Positions 1 to 9,586 of a stretch of 64,000 nt of DNA are shown here, in pieces. Under the pieces are notes generated by a model. The model worked only from the letters and a program-made list of their open reading frames with translations, made no database searches and was not told the DNA's origin. Numbering within the stretch: position 1 is the stretch's first letter; each line of letters begins with the position of its first letter. The translations under genes and the position numbers were made by a program. Where the stretch lies: NCBI GenBank assembly GCA_048940445.1, contig JBHLON010000009.1:1-64000 (forward strand), written 5' to 3'. The DNA is from Promethearchaeota archaeon (GTDB lineage: Archaea; Asgardarchaeota; Lokiarchaeia; Sigyniarchaeales; SOKP01).

Positions 1-428
1 CGCAAGATGTTTTCTGTCTTTTTTTTGCCAAAGCCAGATAATCCTTCAAGTTTTCCATTGTTAACCGCTGTTTCTAGTTCTTCTACCGTTTTGATTCCAA
101 GCTCTTTACTTAATCTAAAAGCAGTTTTGGGACCGATTCCTTCAATTTCTACTAATTCATCCATACCTTCTGGAAGTTCTCTTTTTAATTGTTCCAAATA
201 CTCACTATGACCTGTTTCAAGATATTCCTTTATTTTAGCAGCAATACTTTTCCCTACGCCATCAACTTCTTCTAGCATACCGTTTTTATTGATTTCTTCA
301 AGATCTTCAGATAAAGCTTCAATATTTCTAGCAGCTCGTCGATATGCCATTGGTTTAAATTGGACTCCTTGTAATTCTAAAAGATCAGCAATCTTGTAAA
401 ATAAAGTTGCGATCTCAAAATTTTTAAT
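1..428 (-). CDS. polX: DNA polymerase X family protein (PolX), 5' part; runs off the window start
   Basis: Not in ORF track. Manual translation gives (M)KNFEIATLFYKIADLLELQGVQFKPMAYRRAARNIEALSEDL...VDGVGKSIAAKIKEYLETG...IEGIGPKTA...LSGFGKKKTENIL, the 8-kDa domain plus HhH motifs of PolX. First codon is ATT at 428, preceded by an in-frame TAA and a GAGGTG SD. Confidence 0.92.
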   Translation of the reverse strand, partial: MKNFEIATLFYKIADLLELQGVQFKPMAYRRAARNIEALSEDLEEINKNGMLEEVDGVGKSIAAKIKEYLETGHSEYLEQLKRELPEGMDELVEIEGIGPKTAFRLSKELGIKTVEELETAVNNGKLEGLSGFGKKKTENIL

Positions 429-541
429 TTAATTCACCTCATACAAATTCAACAAAACAATATACGTCTATTTGAGATTACCCTTTTGTAATATAACAAG
501 TTATTTATTTTTAGTATGGGTTTATATAGATTAATATCGAA

Positions 542-1915
542 ATGGCAAATTTTAAATTTGATTTAATAATTGTTGGCGCTGGTACTTCAGGAACTATAGC
601 AGCCAGATTTGCTGCTCAACAAGGCTTAAAAGTATGCTTAATTGATAATAATACTAGAACTGAAATAGGAAATAAGATTTGCGGAGATTGTGTTCTTGCA
701 ACTGTATTTGATTTTCTAAATATCAAACCACCTAAAGGAAATGAATTATTGAGCCTTAAGCATGGTTTCCGAATTTATTCTCCAGATCAAAAAAGTTGGA
801 TTACAATAAAACTCCCCTTGTATCTGGTAGATCGGTTAAAATTTGGTCAGAGATTACTCAATGAAGCTGTGGATTCTGGTATTGATAAATTTTTAGATAA
901 AACTAAGGCGATTAATTTAACTTATAATAAAAGTAGTGTTGATGGTATTAAAATTAGGTTAAAAGATGGTACAAAAATTAATTTAAAGTCGAAAATTGTC
1001 ATCGATGCAAGTGGTTATTATTCTAATTTGAGAAGAACGATAAAAAGCAACTTTATAATGAACAAAATTCCTAAAAAAGATTTAGTTTTATGCTATCGCA
1101 GTATAGTAAAGCTTCCATCTGAATTGAAACAAAACCTTGACCTTGATTATTGTACCCTAATCATTGATCCTGATAAACGATCTCCGGGAGGATTCATCTG
1201 GTATTTTCCGAAAAGTGAGAGTATTATCAATATTGGTTTAGGAACATTCATGCAATATAAATCCTCATTAAAAAATTATTTTCAAAAGTATGTTTTTGAT
1301 TACTTTCTTAACCAAACTAACTATAATATAATTTCTTCAGCAGGATGTGTTGTTCCCTTAAGAAGGCCATTACCATCTTGTGTAGATAATGGGATCATGT
1401 TTGTTGGAGATGCAGCATGTCATGTGAATCCTGCCAATGGGGGAGGTATTGATACAGGAATGAAAGCAGGTTATTACGCTGCTCAAATAGCTAAAAACGC
1501 CATTTTTTCAAATGATCCTTCGCTTAATACATTATGGGAGTATAATTCTATTATTATGTCAGATTTTGGAGCAAAACATGCTGCTTCAGACATCATAAGG
1601 CTCTTCTTTCAACATAAACCTTCAAAGGATCTTAACTATATCATTAAAAAAAATATTTTAACTAATATTGATATTGGCAAACTTTGGCTTAATGGAGAGT
1701 TAGATTTGAATTTTAAATCATCTTTTCAAAAACTCTTTAAAGGAATCAGTCGACCAAGATTATTACTTGATTTAAAATCTATGCAGAAATATATGAATAA
1801 AGTCATTAATCTCTACAAAAAGTACCCCAATAATAGTGATCAATTTGAAGGATGGAGAGTACAAGAAACTTCACTTTTTGATAAGATATATTCAAAATTT
1901 ATTAGAACAAGTTAA
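542..1915 (+). CDS. Geranylgeranyl reductase family FAD-dependent oxidoreductase (digeranylgeranylglycerophospholipid reductase-like)
   Basis: GAGTSG FAD motif, KICGD, IDASG, WYFPK and VGDAACHVNPANGGGI motifs. Confidence 0.85.
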   Translation: MANFKFDLIIVGAGTSGTIAARFAAQQGLKVCLIDNNTRTEIGNKICGDCVLATVFDFLNIKPPKGNELLSLKHGFRIYSPDQKSWITIKLPLYLVDRLKFGQRLLNEAVDSGIDKFLDKTKAINLTYNKSSVDGIKIRLKDGTKINLKSKIVIDASGYYSNLRRTIKSNFIMNKIPKKDLVLCYRSIVKLPSELKQNLDLDYCTLIIDPDKRSPGGFIWYFPKSESIINIGLGTFMQYKSSLKNYFQKYVFDYFLNQTNYNIISSAGCVVPLRRPLPSCVDNGIMFVGDAACHVNPANGGGIDTGMKAGYYAAQIAKNAIFSNDPSLNTLWEYNSIIMSDFGAKHAASDIIRLFFQHKPSKDLNYIIKKNILTNIDIGKLWLNGELDLNFKSSFQKLFKGISRPRLLLDLKSMQKYMNKVINLYKKYPNNSDQFEGWRVQETSLFDKIYSKFIRTS

Positions 1916-1945
1916 ATAAATTTGTATTAAATTTTTAGAAGAAAG

Positions 1946-2773
1946 TCAGGAAAGCGTTTTTTTATTGAACAGCATTATCCCTATTACTAGTGTGATAGCT
2001 AAGAAAGCAATAATTATGAATAACGCACCCCAAAGAGGAATGTTAGTTGTTGCTGCATTGAAAATATTATCTGAATTAGATATTAGTGAATCTGTCCATA
2101 GATTTTGTCCTAAAACAACAATTTGTTGATATAATTGATTTGCCCAGAATGGAGGAAAAAAATACACAATTGGATTTTCGAAGGGTATCATGGCTCCGCT
2201 TAAGAAAAGTACTGGCATAACATATATCATAGAAATACCTAATCCTGCTTCTGCAGTTTTAGCGTAAGCAGAAATAATAATTCCCAGGCCTAGAGTAGAA
2301 AGTCCAAATATAAAAATTATAATATATCCTATGACTAATAGAGATAAATCTTGATGAAATGCTCCTGTAGTCATATTATATCCCCATTGTAACCTTAAAA
2401 TTCCATAACCTACAATAAACATAATAATCAATTGAACAATTAAGAACACTGACTCTGATAATAATGTTCCTATAAAAATTTGTGATCTTTTACAAGGAGT
2501 AGTATCCATCCTAATTAAAGTACCTGATTGTTTTTCAGAGCAAAAAACTACAGCTGCATTTATCGTCCCGAAAGAAGCCGTATAGATTAACAGCCCTGAT
2601 ATTGAAAGGGTGAAAACTGAAAATCCAGGGATAATTTCCTGCGTGCCAAATATAAAGTAAAAAACAAATGTAAATATCAACGGAAATCCAAAAGAAAAGA
2701 AATAAGTTTGACGTTGTCGAAACCTAATTTTTAAGTTTTTAATAGCAATATCTATTATACAATGGTTATTCAT
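1946..2773 (-). CDS. ABC-2 type transporter permease
   Basis: About 6 TM helices, EKQSGTL-R motif, LSGAMIP; overlaps the ATPase stop. Confidence 0.88.
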   Translation of the reverse strand: MNNHCIIDIAIKNLKIRFRQRQTYFFSFGFPLIFTFVFYFIFGTQEIIPGFSVFTLSISGLLIYTASFGTINAAVVFCSEKQSGTLIRMDTTPCKRSQIFIGTLLSESVFLIVQLIIMFIVGYGILRLQWGYNMTTGAFHQDLSLLVIGYIIIFIFGLSTLGLGIIISAYAKTAEAGLGISMIYVMPVLFLSGAMIPFENPIVYFFPPFWANQLYQQIVVLGQNLWTDSLISNSDNIFNAATTNIPLWGALFIIIAFLAITLVIGIMLFNKKTLS

Positions 2774-3720
2774 TGGGCTCTCAACTTCCTACCCGTTAAT
2801 TTTAAAAATACATCCTCAAGACTATTTTGCCTTAGTCTCATATATTCAAGCTCCTCCACATCATTTATTATCTTTTGATTCAAAATTTCTATGAAATTAA
2901 TTATGTTTCCATCAAAGTAAATAGATACACTCTTATCACCATTAACAATAACATCTTTTACAAAATCTAATTTTTTAAGATTATGTTTTAAATTAAGCTC
3001 ATTTGAATCATCTTTATATTTAAGTTCTAAAATATTATGTTCACTATATTTGTCTTTTAATTCATCCGGAGAACCTTCAGCAATAATTTTACCATTATCA
3101 ATAATTAGAACTCTATCGCTCAATATTTCTGCCTCATGCATGTCATGTGTTGTCAAAATGATTGTTTTACCTTCCTTCTTCATGCTTCTAATTATTTGCC
3201 ATACCATATTCCGGGCTTGTGGATCTAAACCTGCAGTAGGTTCATCTAAAAATAAAATCTCAGTATTCATGATAACACCTATCCCAAAATTTAATTTCCT
3301 CTTCATTCCCCCTGAAAAATTTTTTACTCTATCATTTCGTCCAGCCAAGTTTAAAGTATAAAGAATATTTTGTGCTTCACTCTTCAATTTATTTGGAGGG
3401 ATATTGTGCATTTTACCAAAAAAAAGAAGATTTTCTTCCCCAGATAAATCTTCATATAAAACTAATTCTTGGGGCACAATACTTATTAATTCTCTGATCT
3501 CTTTCTTATTTTTTTCAATATCATATCCATTGATACATGCTACACCCACATTAGGTTTAAGTATTGTAGTTAACATTTTAATTGTTGTAGTCTTGCCTGC
3601 ACCATTAGGTCCGAGAAGACTAAGTAATTCCCCACTATAAATTCTAAAACTTAGATGATCCACAACTACTCTTCCATCGAAAACTTTTGTTAAATCTTTT
3701 GTTTCAATTACAAGACTCAT
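2770..3720 (-). CDS. ABC transporter ATP-binding protein (DrrA-like exporter)
   Basis: Walker A GPNGAGKTT, signature FSGGMKRK, LDEPT, H-loop TTHDM, C-terminal LEDVFLKLTG; ATG at 3720 preferred over TTG at 3744. Confidence 0.93.
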   Translation of the reverse strand: MSLVIETKDLTKVFDGRVVVDHLSFRIYSGELLSLLGPNGAGKTTTIKMLTTILKPNVGVACINGYDIEKNKKEIRELISIVPQELVLYEDLSGEENLLFFGKMHNIPPNKLKSEAQNILYTLNLAGRNDRVKNFSGGMKRKLNFGIGVIMNTEILFLDEPTAGLDPQARNMVWQIIRSMKKEGKTIILTTHDMHEAEILSDRVLIIDNGKIIAEGSPDELKDKYSEHNILELKYKDDSNELNLKHNLKKLDFVKDVIVNGDKSVSIYFDGNIINFIEILNQKIINDVEELEYMRLRQNSLEDVFLKLTGRKLRAQ

Positions 3721-3829
3721 TTTAATCACAATAAAATTAATCAATAAAAGAGTATTTTTGAGTAAATTTTAATGAATCAGTGAAAAAAGTTTTAGTAAAA
3801 TTTTATTTACTTCATTTTCGATCCATTGA

Positions 3830-4321
3830 CTAAGAAGTTTTTCTTAAAGTCCAGATAATTATATAATTTATTGAAGAAATGACGCCAATAACAATTTGAA
3901 CTAAAATTACTGTTAAATACCCGGGATTTGAGCTTAGAATAAGAGGGATGATCGTTGAAGCACTTACCCAACAAATCACAGTTACACAATAAGCATAGAG
4001 GAATTTTTTTTTATATTTTGATATTCTAATTGATTGATCAGTTTTGCTTAATAGATTAATTGCTGCTTCTCCGATTTCAGATAATTGATATCTATTTCCT
4101 TTTTGAATTAACATAGATTGCAAACTTTTTAGATGATATGAGAGAGTTGGACTATCTATAGGCTCTAAGTGATTCCTAATTTCTGTGAAGCTCAAAGTTC
4201 TATTTCCTACAATTTTAATGATATCTCTTCGAATTTTGTGACTAAGAGATTTAAAAATGTCTTCTTCATCTTCTACAACATGCTTTTTTAGATTCTCATT
4301 TTTTTTAGTAATATCTGTCAT
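3830..4321 (-). CDS. ArsR-type winged-helix regulator with two C-terminal TM helices
   Basis: IFKSLSHKIRRDII...SPTLSYHLKSL, followed by two hydrophobic segments; ATG at 4321 follows a GAGG SD. Confidence 0.8.
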   Translation of the reverse strand: MTDITKKNENLKKHVVEDEEDIFKSLSHKIRRDIIKIVGNRTLSFTEIRNHLEPIDSPTLSYHLKSLQSMLIQKGNRYQLSEIGEAAINLLSKTDQSIRISKYKKKFLYAYCVTVICWVSASTIIPLILSSNPGYLTVILVQIVIGVISSINYIIIWTLRKTS

Positions 4322-4525
4322 TATATCCCTCAAATAATCATATTTAGACTTCTATATGATATAATTATAATTAAAGAATTAAATTTTAGTGAACCTAAAG
4401 GGGGTTTATCTATCTTCAGACTAAAAAAAAAATACAAACCTTTAAATACTGGAGAAAATATTATTTTATAGTAAAAGTATTTTTTACCATAAAAAAAAAC
4501 CATCACTTATAAAAAGAGAGATCTT

Positions 4526-4930
4526 ATGGCCAAAAAAAAAGAAAAGAAAAAGCCCATTTTTGATAAAGTCGGGCTTGTATTCCGAAGTCCCGTGAGGGTA
4601 GATATCATGAGAGAACTTTCTGAAAAAGCCCAAAAGGCAATAGAAATCGCCGATAATATAGGAATTCAAAAACAAAACTTAAATTATCACTTAAATGCTC
4701 TTAAGCGAGGAGGTTTAATTCAAGCACATAAAGAAGAGTTGTTAGAAACTGAATTTCAAGCAGAGAGGGGAGCAAGGATAAATGGAATAACTGAGAAAGG
4801 AAAACTTCAAGTCTCTCAAGGAGTAGAACTGACTAAAAATGGAAAAAACATCGTGAATCAATTTATAGACCCTCTATACGAGAACGAGAAAAAAAAAAGT
4901 GGGAAAACTAAAAAATTAGAGGATGATTAA
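4526..4930 (+). CDS. ArsR-like winged helix-turn-helix protein
   Basis: SPVRVDIMREL...EIADNIGIQKQNLNYHLNALKRGGLI...ELTKNG. Confidence 0.8.
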   Translation: MAKKKEKKKPIFDKVGLVFRSPVRVDIMRELSEKAQKAIEIADNIGIQKQNLNYHLNALKRGGLIQAHKEELLETEFQAERGARINGITEKGKLQVSQGVELTKNGKNIVNQFIDPLYENEKKKSGKTKKLEDD

Positions 4931-4932
4931 TT

Positions 4933-5970
4933 ATGAAAAGTGAAAGTATTAAGATAGTAGAATCTTTATTTGAAAATCCATTAGGTTTTCTTAAATTAGA
5001 TACACCTCAAACTTATGAGAATATGACTGTTATACCCATTATTTTTCAAGATGATAAATTTATAGATTTTATTAGTATTAAACAGGCAGAGGAATTAGAC
5101 TTAATAGAAATTATAGAAACTGAATCAGTTAGCCAATTAGAAGTCATAAATAAAAGTGATAAACAAATTCTGATCCCATTTGGAATGACTGTTCATGGTG
5201 GAAAACAAGATCGTACAATCTGGGAACCTATTTTACTCCCAGTAGGAGAAAAACAAAAAATATTCAATCAAAATTCTGGAAATCGAAATAAAAAGTATGT
5301 GATCCCTGCCAAGTGTATAGAGCAATCAAGATGGACCTATACAAAAGGAAAGGGATTCAAATCTTCAAATACAAGAATTCATCCAAATATAGCGTTTGAG
5401 GCAATTTCCACCGCAGGGCAAGGAGCAGTATGGCAAGAGATTCAAGCTCATAGATCTGAAATGAAATATGCAATGAGTGTAGCACCTACTCAAAGTTATC
5501 TTGAGATGACAAAAATTTCAGATAGACAAACAAACAAGTTCATTACAAGTTTTAATAGTATTGAAAATCAATGTGGAATTGCAGTCTTTATAAATAAAGA
5601 ATTTATAGGAATTGAATTTTATGCTAACCCTGATGCATGGAAATATATGAGCGAAGATATTATTAAAGCTTTTGCCATCGAAGCAATTAGATTTAAAGAT
5701 AAACCTATTAAAGGAAGCTCTAATGAATTTCATGATATTCTAATTACCATTCTGCAAGAATTAAATTTTAATTTTTCTTCACGAGAAGGAATTGGACTAG
5801 GGAATGTAATCGAATTTGATTCCAATGATAACAAATGGAGAGGAATTGCATTAGTGTATAATGAAGCAATAATACAATTCTACTTAGTTTCAAAACGAGG
5901 AGGATATCAAGCTAATAAACGCCATGAAATTCATTTTCAAACTGCTATTAATCAAAGATATTCATTATAG
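4933..5970 (+). CDS. ARPP-1 / DUF6569-like domain protein
   Basis: VSQLEVINKSDKQILIPFGMTVHGGKQDRTI, CIEQSRW, QGAVW and GIAVFIN..FIGIEFY motifs recalled for the ARG/rhodanese-phosphatase-associated family; starts 2 nt after the wHTH stop. Confidence 0.7.
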   Translation: MKSESIKIVESLFENPLGFLKLDTPQTYENMTVIPIIFQDDKFIDFISIKQAEELDLIEIIETESVSQLEVINKSDKQILIPFGMTVHGGKQDRTIWEPILLPVGEKQKIFNQNSGNRNKKYVIPAKCIEQSRWTYTKGKGFKSSNTRIHPNIAFEAISTAGQGAVWQEIQAHRSEMKYAMSVAPTQSYLEMTKISDRQTNKFITSFNSIENQCGIAVFINKEFIGIEFYANPDAWKYMSEDIIKAFAIEAIRFKDKPIKGSSNEFHDILITILQELNFNFSSREGIGLGNVIEFDSNDNKWRGIALVYNEAIIQFYLVSKRGGYQANKRHEIHFQTAINQRYSL

Positions 5971-5993
5971 CAAGTTTAACCAAATATAATAAA

Positions 5994-6010
5994 TTTTTTT
6001 TTTTAATTTT
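5994..6010 (+). terminator. Oligo-T tract, putative archaeal terminator
   Basis: T11 run about 25 nt after the stop at 5970, between convergent genes. Confidence 0.4.
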
Positions 6011-6038
6011 ATTCATTTTTCTTAGAAATTTATTAAAA

Positions 6039-6452
6039 TTATAGTAATGATATTCTTTTAAGGTCCTCTTTAGGAACTTTCTCTCTTGCTATTTCAAATA
6101 GCTCTAATAATACATGATCTGGGCCCTCAACCATAACGTACTTCCATAATCCATAAGTTTTTATGTTATTTCTAAAATTATATCCCTTTGATTTCATATG
6201 TTCTATTAGTTCTTCAAGATTATTTGTTTCGATACCCAAATGATGTATAGCTCCTCTTCCTTTATCTTTAGGCGATTGATTATAGAAATTAATTTTCATC
6301 GATCCTATAGAAATCATAACATTTCGAGCTCCTGCCATCTCTAAATCAAAAAGAATCTCTGCACCAAACATTTCACGATAGAAATGTATGCTATTATCTA
6401 AATCTGATGCAAAAAGATGAGCGTGGTGCAAATTTGCCTTTATTTTTGCCAC
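6039..6452 (-). CDS. VOC / glyoxalase family protein
   Basis: LHHAHLFASDLDNSIHFY, IHHLGIET, EGPDHVLLELFE; true start may be ATA at 6443. Confidence 0.88.
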   Translation of the reverse strand: MAKIKANLHHAHLFASDLDNSIHFYREMFGAEILFDLEMAGARNVMISIGSMKINFYNQSPKDKGRGAIHHLGIETNNLEELIEHMKSKGYNFRNNIKTYGLWKYVMVEGPDHVLLELFEIAREKVPKEDLKRISLL

Positions 6453-6693
6453 CTTTCATTTTAATTTTAATAATTTAATTTTAATAATTATTTATTATCG
6501 AAAAACTATTTATAATATTTTTTTGAACTTTAAACATTCTTATAGTTTCAAATTTCTATTTTTCAATGACAATTTTTTTTAATAGTAAGAGCTGTAAAGT
6601 TAATTCTTATCTGAGCTTTACAATAAAAATTTAAAATAAGTTAGAAATAAAAGAAATAAATTTTAATAGTAATTTATTAAATACGTAAATAAC

Positions 6694-6927
6694 ATGGAAG
6701 AATTCGGAAGATCAAACATCAAAATTAGGAATATTGCACTAATTTTGATTTTAATAGCTATATTAATACTTTCAGTATGGCTTATTTATTACTTACTGAT
6801 TAACAAAAATGAACTCCAGTTCCTACTAGCTATTGGTATTGCTTTACTTTTTGCTGGCATTTTATTACTAACTAGAATCCAATATCTAATTTGGATGCTA
6901 AAAAAAGTTCAAAAATCAACAGTATAG
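6694..6927 (+). CDS. Small two-TM membrane protein
   Basis: ATG start, two hydrophobic helices. Confidence 0.6.
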   Translation: MEEFGRSNIKIRNIALILILIAILILSVWLIYYLLINKNELQFLLAIGIALLFAGILLLTRIQYLIWMLKKVQKSTV

Positions 6928-7112
6928 GTTCTTATTCATTCCAGTAAAATAAATGATCAAAATTCACATTGAAAACTTTTATTGACTTCATTTTTATGTT
7001 CAATCTAATACAACAATAAAATAAGTTCCATCCCATTGATATTTAATCAGAAAAAGACTAAATTTTTTAAAAGAGAAACTCTTATTAAATAAAACATTTT
7101 TCAGATGATTTT

Positions 7113-7586
7113 ATGAACAATTTAATCATATTTTATTCAAGAACCGGAAACACCAAACAATTAGCTGAATTAATTTCTCAACAAGGTAATTGGAAATTTG
7201 AAGAGATAATTGATACTAAAAAAAGGAAAGGAATTATTGGCTTTTTAAAATCTGGCTATGAAGCAACTAGAAAAAAGTTAACCATCATAAAAGAACTTGA
7301 GAAGAATCCGGCCCTTTTTGATTCACTTATATTAGGTACTCCAATTTGGAATAAAAGAATGTCAACCCCCATAAGAACATTTATTGTTCAGAATAAAAGT
7401 AAAATGAAGAAGATTGCATTTTTTTGTACTGAAGGAAGTAAAGGAGGTTTTAAGACTTTTGAAAACATGGCTGAATTATGTGGGATGCAACCGACAGCAA
7501 CCTTAGAAATTACTAAACAAGATATCAAAAACGATTTACATCTAAATAAAGTTAAGAATTTTGTCCAAGAAATAAGTTCAAATTAA
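7113..7586 (+). CDS. Flavodoxin family protein
   Basis: FYSRTGNT FMN loop, LGTPIW, AFFCT. Confidence 0.88.
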   Translation: MNNLIIFYSRTGNTKQLAELISQQGNWKFEEIIDTKKRKGIIGFLKSGYEATRKKLTIIKELEKNPALFDSLILGTPIWNKRMSTPIRTFIVQNKSKMKKIAFFCTEGSKGGFKTFENMAELCGMQPTATLEITKQDIKNDLHLNKVKNFVQEISSN

Positions 7587-7639
7587 ATGATTATAACTCA
7601 TAAAACAATAAAAAATATAAATTTATTAGGGATATTAAT

Positions 7640-8074
7640 TTGAATAGAAAACTGGAAAGTTTAAAAGTATATACAGATGGAGCTGCACGTGGTAATCCAG
7701 GCCCTGCAGCATGTGCATTCCTTTATGTCCATAATAATGAAATTATCTATAGTGAAGTTAGTTATATTGGGAATGCTACTAATAACCAAGCAGAATATCA
7801 AGCTATTATTAATGCAATGAAAAAGGTTGGATCGTTTCATGCAAAACATATTAAAATTTTTTCTGATAGTAAGTTGGTAATTCAACAGCTGAATCGAAAA
7901 TGGAAAATAAATGTTCCTCATTTATCGAAATTAAGTTCTCAAGTCTTCCAAATGATAGATAAGTTTGAAAAAGTGGATTTTTTCCATGTAAGAAGAAATA
8001 ATTCTTTTATTCAAAAATGCGATCTTTTATGTAATGAACGGTTAGATAATGAAGGTATAAAAGGAAAATCTTGA
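7640..8074 (+). CDS. rnhA: Ribonuclease HI
   Basis: YTDGAARGNPGPA, TNNQAEY, SDSKLV, HVRR..N..CD motifs. Confidence 0.92.
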   Translation: MNRKLESLKVYTDGAARGNPGPAACAFLYVHNNEIIYSEVSYIGNATNNQAEYQAIINAMKKVGSFHAKHIKIFSDSKLVIQQLNRKWKINVPHLSKLSSQVFQMIDKFEKVDFFHVRRNNSFIQKCDLLCNERLDNEGIKGKS

Positions 8075-8137
8075 TTTTATTCCTTAAGAAAAATTGAAAT
8101 TTACATCGTTTAATAAACTATACACAAAGCGATTTTA

Positions 8138-8653
8138 ATGAATTTATTTAATCGACTTAACAAACAAGAATTAAAAGAGCTTCTGATAAAATGTTGGATG
8201 ACTCATGATGGTTCTTGGTTCTATAATTGCGTAAAAGAATATAATATTGATATAGCTAACAAATTAAATAAAGGAGCGATTAAAAATCTTGCACCATTCG
8301 AAATTCAGAGAGTTAAGAAAGCGTTGGGAATGAGCACTAAGAAAATAACAACTTTTGAGCAACTTAAAAAGTTCATTGATGATGGATTTAGTGTATTAAA
8401 AGGTGATTTCATGAAATTTAAGTACTCATTTCCAGAAAAAAATCAATTATATTGGGAAATGAATACATGTTTTGCGTTTGAAGGAATGAAACTTATTGGA
8501 GTAAAAGAGAATTATGAATGTGGAGTAATATTTCGTGTTTGTTGTTGGTTGGATGCATTAGGAATTAAATATGAAATCGAACCCAAAATTGATAAATGTT
8601 TACTTTATTCTCAAGATAAATGTTCTGGTTTTATTAAGTTCTTTTTAGATTAA
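8138..8653 (+). CDS. DUF6125-like / V4R-related Cys-containing protein
   Basis: KCWMTHDGSWF motif and C-terminal C..ECG..C..C pattern. Confidence 0.6.
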   Translation: MNLFNRLNKQELKELLIKCWMTHDGSWFYNCVKEYNIDIANKLNKGAIKNLAPFEIQRVKKALGMSTKKITTFEQLKKFIDDGFSVLKGDFMKFKYSFPEKNQLYWEMNTCFAFEGMKLIGVKENYECGVIFRVCCWLDALGIKYEIEPKIDKCLLYSQDKCSGFIKFFLD

Positions 8654-8674
8654 ATAGTTAAAAATAAGAAAAGT

Positions 8675-9586
8675 TTATTCGATAAAGGCATAACTTTGTA
8701 TTAAAAAATCTGATGAATCCACTGGTAATTCTCCGACCATCCATCCTTGGGCGGTTGTTTCACAGACCCAATATTGATTATCATCTTCGGCTGCATCTAG
8801 ATAATAGCTGGGAGGATAACTTGCATGATGGGTAGGGGTAAAGTCTAAATCTATCCCTACTACAGCATGTCCAACCCATTCACCATCAAATATGAGAACA
8901 CATATAATAACTGCTTCATAACCTAAAGATTCTACTAAAGAACCAAAAAAAATTGATAGATCTTCACAATCACCTTTATTAATTAAAGTCTCTAAAGGAT
9001 ATTGCGCCCGATCAATCAAATCAGATTTATAATCTATGCCTTGAGTGAAACTTAATAAAGCATTAACAACTTCTTCCTCATCATTTTGATTAGTGCATTG
9101 AGACTTAACTTCTTGTGCAATTTTTAATATTTCTGGCTCTTCAGGAGTGCAAAATGATGCTATAACTGATGCCACAACATCCCAATCATTACTTCCATGT
9201 GATGGATGTATTAGATTATCATAATAATTATAAGTCTCACGAGGGATCATACAATTATATGACTTGGATATATTTCCATAGCTCACATAATAGTTTATAT
9301 TTCTAATTTTATAATTAGTAAACAAATAAATTATAGGAGTTAAGACTCCTGCTAAAACTATTGAAGATAGAATAATTATAACTGCTATTTTTTTTTTAGT
9401 AAACCATGGTCTCTTTTTTTTCAATGTATCAAATTGTACTTCAGGAGGCTTTACAACCATAGAAGTTGTACTTGGTCTATAATCTGTAGGTGTAGTTACT
9501 TGTTGATAAAATGTTTTGCCACAATAGGGACATACATTCCAGTGAGATTGGCATGGTTTTCCACAATTACTGCAGAAATTTGGCAT
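8675..9586 (-). CDS. Zinc-ribbon + TM + transglutaminase-like domain protein
   Basis: N-terminal CSNC..CPYC, one TM helix, then YPLETL..GDCED, GHA, CETT (Cys-His-Glu triad). Confidence 0.8.
   Translation of the reverse strand: MPNFCSNCGKPCQSHWNVCPYCGKTFYQQVTTPTDYRPSTTSMVVKPPEVQFDTLKKKRPWFTKKKIAVIIILSSIVLAGVLTPIIYLFTNYKIRNINYYVSYGNISKSYNCMIPRETYNYYDNLIHPSHGSNDWDVVASVIASFCTPEEPEILKIAQEVKSQCTNQNDEEEVVNALLSFTQGIDYKSDLIDRAQYPLETLINKGDCEDLSIFFGSLVESLGYEAVIICVLIFDGEWVGHAVVGIDLDFTPTHHASYPPSYYLDAAEDDNQYWVCETTAQGWMVGELPVDSSDFLIQSYAFIE

Noticed and set aside
7-210. 67-aa plus-strand ORF, and similar short antisense or overlapping ORFs in the track (e.g. 3050, 3404, 5518, 19355, 28907, 33308, 38848, 48301, 51493, 60379)
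   Set aside because: Shadows of well-supported genes on the opposite strand or frame (here polX), with no family motifs.
6590-6625. Imperfect inverted repeat TGTAAAGTT...AGCTTTACA between divergent genes
   Set aside because: Single, AT-rich and imperfect; cannot be distinguished from chance.
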